From the NCBI GenBank assembly GCA_963924565.1, contig OZ004607.1, positions 29,202,001-29,266,000 of the forward strand: 64,000 bases of DNA, read 5' to 3'. The notes beneath the pieces are model-generated. The model did no database searches. It was not told where the DNA came from and saw only the letters and a program-made list of their open reading frames with translations. The position numbers and the translations under genes are program-made. This document shows, in pieces, positions 13,978 to 26,002 of this stretch. The stretch is from Ascidiella aspersa (lineage: Eukaryota). How positions within the stretch are numbered: the first letter of the stretch is position 1; each line of letters opens with the position of its first letter.

Positions 13978-14916
13978 ATTAAATTATATTACCATGCCTG
14001 GTAGCAACAGTTTATCTATATATATATATTTGTTATAGAATATAAGTTTGTTGTATATTTCCACGATACTTTTTACTTCCTCAAACGTGTTGTTTATCGA
14101 CTTTAGCCGCGAATTTGTTTCTTCCGTGCGTCGCCTATTACGCGTCACACTATTTTACCCACCCCCTCCCCAACCGAAGTGCAATTGCGTACCCTCGTAC
14201 TCCCCCGACCCCCTTTTTACCCACTGTGACGGACCCCCAAGAGTGTAAACGCCCGTCACCGTCTGCTGAAAAATATGTAGCGTTTTTATGTTCGGTGTCG
14301 TTTGGCTTTGGTTAGTTGGAATATTCGTGTTGTGTTTTAGGTTTGTTTGTGGCTTTTTGTCTATTTAGGAACCTGCTGGTTGCTTGTTTTAACTGTGTTA
14401 TTGGGTGGCTTAACCGCTGACCAAATCTAAATTGAAGTGATATTTACGAACAATATGGTTCAACTAGACTGGCCGTTTTAAGCTAGATACTTAAGAAAAC
14501 GAAATTTTAGTTTTTGCAAATGTTTCGTTTGAGTTCTAACAGTTATCGGTATTTGATTACCTGAATTGCTGTAAACAGCAATTAAATGCCTACGTTACAA
14601 ATGTCTGTCATGGTTAAATTTTTCCAGCCTTAAAAATATTCCTTTAACAAAATATTTTGTTTTTTCTGTGCGTAAATCAATTGTATCCATTCCATTTATA
14701 GGCGTCGTATAGTTTTACGCAGTAGGGCCAAAGTCTGGGATGTCTTAAAAACGCTTCGAAACAGAACTTTCTGTGGCGCTCTGTTTCTTCTGGTGGCATG
14801 TGGACTTTGATTGCCGTTATCGCCGTTTAAAAATTTCTGTTATTGATTTTTACTATTAACGTATCTAACAACTCTCGCGAGAAACCACATTTCGTTTAGG
14901 CCGTCGTATTGTAAGG

Positions 14917-15176
14917 CAGTGCTTCTTAACCTGTTTTAGTTATATTCACCCCTACCATATATCTCCAGATTTCATTCACCCTTGACTCATGATATGATAA
15001 AACTTTCTCGTCTATATTTCACTGAACAGGGTAAACACCCAGAATATCCGCCCTGGTCGCAAGCTATCATCAATTTCTGACGGTTCACCCTTATTCACCC
15101 CTTTTGGTTGTTGGTTTACCCCTGCAGAAATTTTATTTCCCCTGGGGTGAACTATTCACCTGATTAAGAAACACTG
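14917..15176. mobile_element. hAT MITE (TTCACCC-repeat family)
   Basis: TIRs CAGTGCTTCTTAA / TTAAGAAACACTG; perfect TSD ttgtaagg; same family as 19803-20025. Confidence 0.85.
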
Positions 15177-15983
15177 TTGTAAGGTACTGCGATTGTTGAG
15201 TTTGAAATTTTTCTGTCACTCTCGTTGCCGGTGAAGTCACAGCCCCGGCGTCCCAATTATATTTTGCGATGACAATCTAGCGCTGCTGTGTAGCTAAGCC
15301 AGATACCTCCAGTGTTTACTTTGGATGAGCAAAACAATGTCGACTCCTAATCTTTTAAAGCGGATATTTTAACTGTAAAAAAACGCAATAGTTTTGACTG
15401 AAAAAAAAAATGCTTTTGCCACTCGTTCGTCAAGAAACGCCTTCAAAGGTGATTACGGAATCGCACTCGTTTCGTAGCAACTCAACTTGGCCCGCTATTT
15501 TACGAACATTGCTTTTATTATTCGGTTTTATTTTTCGCCTCGCTGCGACGCACGAGTTGCATTTCTATTGCCTGTTCCGCTGCTCCTCGGCTTTGCACAA
15601 ACATTTTGTGACGTCATTAAACTTTGTAGGCTAATTTGCCGACCTTGCTTTGTCCTTGAAGACTTGAAAAAAGTTTAACTTGAGGTGACTGTCAGGATCG
15701 CGATGCTTTTTGTCCAAAATACCGGATTACCGGGTATCGGTTTGGGGGCTATAGCTTTTATTGTTGCACTTACAATTTCAACTTTAATTTTTCAATCGAA
15801 CAAAATTTGCTTTAAAAATTAACAAACCTTTAAGAAAGACAATTTTTTAATGATATCACGTTGCGCTATTGTAGCCTTTTAAGAAAACCCTTTGTCCGAT
15901 GTTAACCTGGCGTAAGCTGTATCCCCTACAGTAGGCCTACAGCCTAAATTTAAAGGTAATTATTAATCCATGGTGCTATATGG

Positions 15984-16132
15984 CAGCGGACCTAGTTTTC
16001 AGTATGCAAGCAGCATAAATTAGATTGAAGTTTCTTTTTCTGCAACCACGCGAGAGGTTGCTTTTCAGACAGACAAGCCACAAAAACATATCAAAGTGCC
16101 ACATGCCGCAAACTGCAGTTTGCCCGCCTCTG
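15984..16132. mobile_element. Short degenerate hAT MITE (second copy 38676-38824)
   Basis: CAG...CTG ends; TSD ctatatgg/ctgtatgg (7/8); 3' end AGTTTGCCCGCCTCTG. Confidence 0.5.
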
Positions 16133-16176
16133 CTGTATGGTAATACGCATATATGGGAATATTAAATCATCTAATC

Positions 16177-16620
16177 CAGTGGTTCTCAAACGTTGGTCCG
16201 CGTCAACTTTCCTGCCAGTCCGCCAAACTTATTACAATTTTAAATCTCAATTACAAATGCAAGATGTTAAAGGATTGACCATCAAATAACTTCGCCAGTT
16301 CCGTAATTTGCAGCATTGTGACGTAACATAGAGTTAATGGTCTACTTTGGTCTTTGTCATATGTCACATGTGCCTAACTGCTTAAAAGTCTGAACCTTAA
16401 GACCAGTTGTCTGTGAAAAACTTCAATAGAACCACGTATGATACCAAAAAGAAAGCTTTATATTGCTCATTAAATTGAAGTTTCCATTATATGCTTTTAA
16501 GTTGCATAGTTTTGTCGTAATTACATGTTGAGTTAATTTTGATTTTTGAAGGTCCACCGGTCCGCAATTTTTTTTTTTTCATTTTGACGGTCCGTAAGCT
16601 AAAAAGGTTGAGAACCACTG
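16177..16620. mobile_element. hAT (Charlie-like) MITE
   Basis: TIRs CAGTGGTTCTCAA / TTGAGAACCACTG; perfect TSD atctaatc; GGTCCG subterminal motifs. Confidence 0.9.
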
Positions 16621-17638
16621 ATCTAATCATGAGTGTCTTTGGTAATTGCTATGCCTAAAGGCAATAAAAATCAGCATTCTTCTCACCATCGAAGTACATG
16701 GACCGTTATCAGTTAGGATTTATTTTCTATAACCGGTATTATTTTTTCCGGGAAATTTTAGTAGAACCAATACCTATACAATGATATAGGCCTTGGAAGA
16801 ATGCATTCCATTCATTATCTATTTTACTTTACGTTTGTGGGTTCCGAGAAAATTAACACTTACCTTGAGAGGTCTTTCACAGTGATCACGTAGGCGTTGG
16901 CCGTGGGGCCCAAGGGAGGCAGCCATTGCACTTCGGCTTGACTGGTCGGCCGTACAATTTCTGTTGGCGTGGTGTGCGTTCGCGCAAAACCGCATAAAAA
17001 CGACTAGAGAAAACTTTATTTAGTACGTATTTTAAGAAAGTTTTAGTTTTTGCTTCTTTTCGCATTACAAGTTTTGGCTTGTCACGTAGGCACTTTTGTG
17101 TTCGTTAGTGTTATCAATCATGTTAGGCTATATATTTTGCATGTAATATGATAGGAAATGCAAGGGGGTATACTACACTGTTGACCACCTTACTACACTC
17201 CTAAGGAATATGGATTTACTACCGCGCAACACAAGCATGCTGCTTTAGTATTGCGATCAAATAATAATGTGCTAGCAACGGCCACTGTTGGAATAGGCTT
17301 GTCACGTTTCCGACCACAAAAGCCAGACCGCCTTAGAAAAAAAAAAGGATTTAACACTTCGTCATTTAGCATAGCAAGCACGCTGGACAGACCGTTGCCG
17401 AGAATAGATCGCTATAGTGTTTACATCTTAGAAACGTTATCTATTGTCACATTAGGCAATAGTAAATGGTTGAATGTTAAATGAAGCAGCTCAGGTTGGT
17501 TGATTTATTTGTTAAATAACCGAAAAAAGTACAAAAATAGTGTTGGGCGTGTTTGTTCTTCAGTTTTAACACACGTATTTTTTCTTTAGGCTGGATAAGT
17601 TTGTTGAGTTTAATATTTATTTATTTATTTATAAAATA

Positions 17639-20600
17639 ATGACTAAAAAAATAGTTTGGATTCTTATTCTTGCCACATATGTAACTTGTTCAAACTGTAA
17701 GGTAAGTACCATTAGGTCATGTTATATAATAAGTCAAAATATAAATTAATTTGTTGTTAAAAATATATATACTGGTATAAAGATTGTTGTTGATAGTAAA
17801 CAGTGATTTGTCATGCTAAAAACGATTTTGCAGCTTGAAATTGCGCGACTGTAATAACTTTTCGCCCTAATTTGCACGGCTGTAATAACATTATTTGCAA
17901 AATTAAATCCCGCGAGGCCTTACTTTCCAACCTGGGACACTACTAGGTACTGACAAGATAGAGCTAACCATCTGTAATTGACAATAATAAAATTCATGTT
18001 CAGTTAATATAACTATCTTCCCGGCAGAAACACAAAATGTTCATTTTTCACAAATTTAAAATGGATTCTTTGTTTTTCGAGTCTTTCTAAAAAAACTGAA
18101 CCAAGAAGAAAACTACACAGTATTTAAAAACATAATTTCATCAAAGAAGTGTTTTAAAAAAACCTCTGCGATTTGCTTTTCATATTTCACATATGCCTGT
18201 CTTTTTAGGATCAAGAAAATGAAGATAAAATAAATCAATATCAAGACATTGAACTTGGTCTACCTAGAGTCAGTAGGGTAATGGATATTGGGGATGACGA
18301 TAAAGCTTGGGTTATTGATGATGCTATTACCATCCAACAAAGATATTCATTTGTAAATGTCCATACAAATCGAGGAAACCCACTTGAGTTTACTTTTATG
18401 CATGAGGTAAGAAAAATTGTAACGATGCCTACTGCAATTATTATTTTAGAATATTTTCATTTCTATTAAAAATTATATTTTGAAAATTATAGACAATTGG
18501 TCGTATAAACCAACTAACCATTTTTTAATTGACAAACAGATATAAAACATTGTTTCGTTAATCAAATAAATGTGCATGGAATGTCTTGCAGAATTATACG
18601 AAAGCTGACCCAAATGTAGAATGGAACTTGGGAGCAGCTCCATGGAGCAAAAGTCTCAATATGTCTCAAACCAAGGTTGCATCATTTTGGAAAGATTTGC
18701 AACCAATGGTTGAAAATTTACTTGGAAAAAAGGTATATATGAGTTTTCACTTTTATTGATTTGAAAAGATGGACTTTCGCAGATTTGTTCAGTTTCGTTC
18801 TTATTAACCAAATAACATAAAGAATTGGTTTTGTCACTCGTGTATTTCATGTTATATCTTGTACCAAATATATCTGTTTTATTGTGTATATTTATTTTTG
18901 TTAAAAAAATATTGTTGCTGTTATTATAATAGTCTATCTTTTCCATTAAGTTTTTCCTTTTTCTGTTTGGCTTAACCTACATAGTACAAGTAAAATCCTA
19001 TTTGTGTTTTAGATTGAATTGCAACATGGAGATTTAAATTATGTTCGAGCTTTAGATGCTATTGTTCCTAACGTCAATCGCTTCTGCCATCCTAACCGTT
19101 ACATCCTAACTGTTTTCTTCAACGATCTGTGGAGACTAAACAATTATGCACAGGTTTCTTTTAGAATGAAACTTTTCCCAAAAACATTTTCACTTTTATT
19201 TTATTCTTTTTAAATTAGACTAACTCTACCATTATCAGCAAGGGATTTTCTTTGATGTTAGTGTTTTAAACAAAATGTAAATGGCTTGTTGCTTATATTT
19301 AATTATGGTAGTTTTAGTAACATGTTCAGTTTTCTATTAAGGTGTATCCTGTTGTATTTTTCGCAACTTATAACATTTTGTTATATGTATCAATTCTGAT
19401 ATATACCTCTTTTGTTTAATTCTTGATCAGTTGCATTTTTTTTGCAGATGTCATTCTACAGCATGATGCGAAACCCAAATGTAACAAGTGAACTTCGCCT
19501 TGAAATCACAGAAACTGTCCACCCTCACGAAAACCGGGCTGTTTTGTGGCCGTCCTGTCATGTGCACATGCTAAGAGCGCCGTGTGTTAACTACTATCAG
19601 CATCTTACATACGCAAACTTGTATGTTACAGCTAGTGACAAGCCAGCCGAAGGTACATGTGCTTTTTTATTTGTAGCTAATGAATTATTACAGAAGATGG
19701 GTTGACATTGCAATAACTGTTAAAGGCATGCAGGTAAATGTGCTTTTATATTTGTAGCTAATTAATACAAAAGATGTGTTTTTATTGCAATAACTGTTAA
19801 AGCAGTTTTAGTTTTGTTCATCCCTAGCATCTATCTCCAGATTTCATTCACCCTTCTCGTGATATGATAAAACCATCTCGTAAACAGCACAAAATGACTT
19901 AATTTGTTTTGCAAGCTATCATCCATTTCTGACGGTTCATCCTTATTCACCCCTTTTGGTTGGTTCACCCTTGCGGAAATTTCATTCACCCTGGGGTGAA
20001 CCATTCACCTGATTAAGAAACAATGTGTTAAAGGCATGCACTGTAATTTTGTACCAATTGAACCAACCCATCTTGCGCCATGCTTAAAAGTAAATTCTTG
20101 TTAAAGTTTACTCAATGTTCAGTTGCAACAATTCAATTTTAACTGTCTACGTGATATAACTCCAACCATATGGTGCTGCTCTACAACAGCCTTTCCTGTT
20201 GGCCTGACAGGAAGCTTAGATGCCATATTCTTTTTTTCAATCTGTTCGTCTTATTTCTATTTCAAAGCAATTTATTAAACTTTTGCTAGATCTTATTGGA
20301 TGGTTACATTTTTTTAACTCAAGAGTGTTCATAAATAGGCTTTTCAGAAAGTTATTTTCCTAAATATCGAATTTTATATAAAGCTATTCAGTAAATTTTA
20401 ATATATGTTAATAGGAATTTATTAGTTAGTCATTGTCACTTTTATTTGAATTATTTTAGTGTAACTCTCTGAAAAATACGTCATTTCCAGTGTTCATTTT
20501 TGCTTTTTAAACAATCTTGCTTTAATGTTTATTAAGTTGGCCTTAAAATTGATAGCTAAAAGAGCAGAAACAGAAATAAATTTGCCACACTGATTAAATT

Positions 20601-23600
20601 GGATAAACAATAAGGCCAACTTAATCTCAAATTTATATAAATTAAAAAAAAATGACTAACACTTCTAGGTGGATTTTTTTTGGCCAATAAAATCAGAATT
20701 AGGAACTCTGTTGAGAACCACTTGCCCAGGTTAATTAATTGATTAATATTTTGCAGCCATTACAGTCAACAAACATGAAGCTCCGTCAAAAGCAATGGAA
20801 TCACTGTTGGCTCAATTCAACTTTCCAAACCCCCAAAACGTTCAAGAGATTAATTTTGACAAATGTCTAACAAGGACGTTTTATGACGAGACAAAAAACA
20901 GGTAAACAATTCCTTCTTTTTGTTTATTCACCGTTTTTTTTTTAATTACTTTTTTTTTATTTTACTAATTGAAGCCATTCTTTATATATCGGAACCTTTG
21001 ATTTACACGCAATCAGAGTTTCGTGAATGGAAAAGGTGTGTAATTCACAACTTTAATACTAGATGAAATAGCCTAACTTTCCCCAGATGTAATTTGGGTA
21101 TTTACAGGATCGAATTTTTGCACTTCTGCTCACCAATGTGAGTGCAAATTGCTCCAGGCTAGTGTTGATTGGTGCCAACCCACACAGGGGTTCTTACATT
21201 AATTTTAACCAGGGTTACATGCATTTTTTTAGCGATAACGCCCTAAAACAAGAAGTCCTAAAAAGATGCAAACTGAAATAAAGTCTAAATATTTTCAAGG
21301 AGAAGGCGACAAAGCAAGGACCCCCTTACACCAATTCACGTCCCCCAGTTAAAGAAAAAACCCTGGTCTTTTACATTGTCCAATGTATCAAGTGTATAAA
21401 AGGGGGAACACTAAACACGGATGTGTTCATAATCTTCAGTAGAAAAAGAATGGCCCAAATAAAAGTATGAATCTTTTATAATTTATTTCGGTCACTCTTT
21501 CTCTACTTAAAGATTATGAAAGTGGGATTACTCTTATGAATTTTTGGGCAAAATGAACACGTCCTTGTTTAAACTTATTTCACGCACCCTTCCACAAAGG
21601 CCCATCCACGTGTTTGACGATTTGTTTACTACTGAGGAACTTCGGGCTTGGCGTGAGCTCTTACTTCGTTCCAAGCCTCAAATGAACCCATTTGACCCTG
21701 CACCACTTCAGGATCATGACAACGTTCAGTGGATGTCATCGTATGGGGTACGTACCGTCGTGCTTTTATAGGTTTGCGTAAAAAGAAATAACATCGTTGC
21801 GTTTTCGTTTTTAACCTGCTTCTTTGTAGACCAGCAATAAAATAGATGGGCACTCTTCATATTGGTTCTTTAAACGGATTCCGACATAAGGGCGATATTT
21901 TAATACCAGCAAGCTCGGAAATAAATCAATAGTAAAAAATGCCTAATAGTAAAAATAAACTAATCCAGAATATGACCTAGAACACAAGTATGAGTTTTAA
22001 CCAATCTCAAACTTAGCTAAAATCCCTCCCCTAACTTTATCACTATAACTGCACTAATAACTCTATTCCTAGCCCAACTTCGAACATCCCCCAGTACCCT
22101 AACCGAAGCCAAACAATCCTGTTCCTAAACAGCGATTTTAACCGGCAATGTCCGACAGTCGGTGCCCAAACGGCCATTCTCCCCATAACTCCATCCGCAC
22201 GGTTATATACTAGGGTTTCTTAATTTTTATTTTACCGCGGACCCCTAACTTTTTTTGCTTTGCATGGACATATTTTGAGCGATGACGTTAAAATTGACGT
22301 CACAATGCCAAATAGAAAAATAAAATAATTTCTGTTTCCGGTTTAAAAAATGTGAAAGTGAAATGGAGTCTAAACACTTCAAGTGCAGAAACGTTTTTTT
22401 TAATTTAACTTTTTTCTTTGAAAAATTAATTACTTTCCATAGAAACACTAAAATTTCAATCAGACCTTCGTGGACCCCTTAAAACTAGTTCACGTACCCC
22501 AAAAGGGTCTATGGAGACCAGTTTAAGAACCCGTACGAAAGTCGTTGCCCTGGATGTTTTGACAGTCGTGTGCGTTTTGCGCAGGTGGAAGACTTCACCA
22601 CTTCAGTTATGTGGCCTCGCTTTCAAGCCCTGCTCAAGTACGTATCCAACGAAACCGAGTGGTATCCCTACGACGTCGCTCTCAACTACATCAGGGCTGG
22701 GGACCACACCAGGATCCACCCCGACTCCGAGCCCCATCAGGTATGGGCGTGGTGAGCTGCGGCCGATCACAGCAGTGGTTCCCAAACTTTCTAAAGCGTG
22801 ACCCAAATTTGAGTTTTATGTACAAACTATGAAATATAATAGTTTTTAGTGAAATAGTCGATTGTTAGCAAACAGATTAAAATGGTTTAATTGCGGTTTA
22901 TTCGGATGACTTGTTTACTAAATTTTGTAGTTTCAACAATTACATGAACAAACTTGATTTAAATACGGTCTAAACTGCTTATGATAAAATAATTCAGTCT
23001 ATATTAGGGTGAAATGATAAAAAAATAGAAAACAAATTCTATGATACACTTATACCGGTCCAAGTTAGGCAGATTTCAATCATATCTGCACCATTCATTT
23101 TTTTACCTTTCGCAACCCACGTTTGGGTCGTGATACGTGAGAGCCCCGTTCTTTTGTAAACAATGGATTTAAACAACTAGTACAAAACTATTTGCTTATC
23201 AAGGTCGAAAAAGTAGCACAATAGTTTTCTAGTATTTATGATAGATTAACATTAACCTTTCAAGGCAAATAACGACCGACTTTCTTACTTGGTATCTTCG
23301 TCACAATTGGTATCTTCGTCACAATTAACACCTACTCGGGTATCGAACCTAATTTGATAGCATTGGTCAGTCGTCCCTATAACTAATAAGAATTTGTCGT
23401 AATATTGATACTCTTCTAACACTAGTAGGCTGATATATTTAGCTTTATATTAGAACCTCTAGCGCACCGTTATTTACTCCTCGCAAATTAATCTATTACC
23501 TCCAACGATTTACAACGACTAAAATTGTTTGAATCGCATTTACATGACCTAAATTGCTCTATATTCGTATTACCATTTAGTTATTTATGTAAAGAACCAA

Positions 23601-26002
23601 ATTCGATAGGACTTCTGTAATTTGTTCCCGGAAAGATTGCTTACAGCAGTGGTTCTTAAACTAGGGGGCGTGTGAGGTTCACAAGGGGGGCGTGAGAAAT
23701 TGACGAACTCCTGGATTATGACTAAACTATAACAACAAGGCAAAGTGATATTTCCCTGCTACTAACTCCCGAATTAAGCATTTGGTCTCCAGAAAACAGT
23801 TACATCCTTCGCATTAATGCAACTTACCTGGAAATAAATTGCAGTTCTGCTTTATGTTTTTGTATGTTGAAACAAGGTGGGGCGCGAGTTTTGTTAAAAT
23901 TGTAAAAGGGCTGCATGTCTCGAAAAATTTAAGAACCACTGGCTTACAGGGTGTCAGATCAAAATATATCCCAGAACATCACTGTTTTGCGCTTTAAGAG
24001 CTCAATTCTTTATCGCGACTGTACTTGTTCCCAGCATGAATTCACCCTTCTGCTATACTTGAGCGAGGCACTGACGGCAAACGACTACGGCGAAACCGTT
24101 TTTGTGAAGAAAAACTTTGCCGGCGACGGCATTCACGAGTTCTTAGGCGCTGGCGGGGATGTCTACTCGACCATTTGCGCCATTGCCCCGAAATTCGGGC
24201 GCCTGGCAATCTTTAGAAGTAAGTAACAAACAGCGTCTCCGTTTTTACCTCTGTCGTTGCCCCATTCGTTATGCTGAGATGAAAAGTCATGATTAAGACT
24301 GAGTCGCATTTGAGGACGTATTTTACCACTAAAGAATTACAACTTTACGAGGTTTGAACTCTGTTTTTGTGCGAGGTTTGAACCCTTGGCGCTTTACCGA
24401 ATTATCTCAAAGAAACGCTGCATGTATGCTATTTCGACTATTTTTAGCTTTAAGTATGCAGCACTATTAGTATTACCCTTCTAATACTCCTCAAGGTTAC
24501 ATTGCATCATTTAGTTCTTTAACATTGATTAATGTGCTTATTTCTGGACTATAAAAAATTTAGCAAATGTGCTTTTTTACTCGTCGAATACTCTTTAAGG
24601 TTTGTATAATACAACTTGTAATAAACCATTTGTTACTTTTAACTTAACTTTTTAGGTTTAGCAAAGGTTTTTGTTATGCAAACGTCACGTGTATTTATGT
24701 GATAACGCCAATGAACTCTCCAATTTAATTTGTAAAAAGTAACACGATTGCGTTAGTTTAATCCCAACTCGAAATTTGCCAAAAGTTTCCGACTATGCGC
24801 ATATGCACATTTTTTAACCGACATAATTTGCTGTTTGATAAGCGTATTGAACGATTTTTTTTTCAAATTCACCCTCATTCATCTTGGTTAAATCAGGGCA
24901 AGTTTAAACCCTTGAACTAGGCAAGCGCTTAAGCGTGTTTATTGGTTGACCTAAAAATTTATTTCGATGCACACTGTTGACAGAACAACAATAGAGTAGT
25001 TTTACAATCACCCTTAACACACGACTATATGTAAATGTCTTAAAATTATTAAATTTTTTATGAATAGTACGTATTTAAGTCTAAAATGCTTGCGTGTATG
25101 CCTATTGGTAATACAAATAACTTATTTTCCAAAACTACAAAAACTTTCGCGGCAAAAGAATGACTGGGTTAAACGAAAAAAGAAAAAGCATATCGAATAT
25201 GTCAAAAGTTTTATCGCAAATGTCAAATTTTCGCTTTATTTCTTGTAGACAATATCGAGCATGCGGCGCACACACCCTCCACTCTGTTCCTTGGCGGGCG
25301 CTACACGTTCGCCGTCAAAGTCAGCCGCACCAAGCGTCTTTCTGACATAAAGCGGATCTACGAAAGCATGGAAGCGGTGTCCGACGTCACGCCTGTATTG
25401 AAAAAAGTAAACCGGTAAGTTTAAAAAACCTTCCCTCTGTTCTTTGATAAAATAGATATTGATATGTAGGTATAGTGCAACGATAAGAGTAAAAATAGTT
25501 TTTTGGAGGGGTGCACATTCTCAACCAAAGAAATGGCGTTTTTTACAACGAGGAAAAAAAACAATCGATGTTTCTTCTAAAATATGCGACCATTCTTAAT
25601 AGAAAAATTAAAAGTGTAAAAGCTGTTTTAAAATGTAGCCGAGTTCTGTAATCTATATTAGTAAATTACGCTCTTTTTGAGTCCAGTGTTTGGTTCATGC
25701 GAAGCAAAGGATAAGAATTCTAATCGAATCCCTTTACTCGTACGATTCATATAAAAGCATTTACCATTTTTTTGTGATGTTTTTTTTTTATAAACTCGCC
25801 CTTATCGCGACGATAAAGTGCCCGACCAACAAGGTACACGTTTAATTGCAGGCAGCTGCAAATGGGGCGACATGACGACCCAAACGAATCGAAGCTCAGT
25901 GACGATATATTACAAAAGCTTCTCGTGAAAGTCAAGAAGATGGCTCTCAAGTCGAAGAGCGATTCCTACACGGAGGCGCTGCAAGAGGCGTACAGTTTTT
26001 AA
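17639..26002 (+). CDS. Secretory-pathway protein with two tandem 2OG-Fe(II) dioxygenase (prolyl-hydroxylase-like) domains, paralog A, ~565 aa
   Basis: Exons 17639-17701, 18209-18406, 18592-18732, 19013-19153, 19448-19652, 20757-20901, 21600-21747, 22585-22740, 24035-24218, 25249-25414, 25852-26002; GT-AG, phases close, 1698 nt. Signal-peptide-like MTKKIVWILILATYVTCSNC. Domain 2 has IHPD...FTLLLYL...YGETVF...PKFGRLAIF...IEH...GRYTFAVK (HxD/H/R). Confidence 0.88.
19803..20025. mobile_element. hAT MITE (TTCACCC-repeat family), 5' TIR partly deleted
   Basis: Internal similarity to 14917-15176; perfect TSD tgttaaag. Confidence 0.8.
22211..22533. mobile_element. hAT-like MITE (GGACCCC family); second copy ~46217-46546
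   Basis: Ends TAGGGTTTCTTAA / TTAAGAACCCG; GGACCCC subterminal motifs; no clear TSD. Confidence 0.55.
23647..23941. mobile_element. hAT MITE (GGGGGCGTG family)
   Basis: TIRs CAGTGGTTCTTAAA / TTTAAGAACCACTG; perfect TSD gcttacag. Confidence 0.9.

Noticed and set aside
23250-23480. Minus-strand GGTTCGA B-box suggesting a tRNA or SINE
   Set aside because: No cloverleaf or clear A-box; at most a decayed SINE remnant
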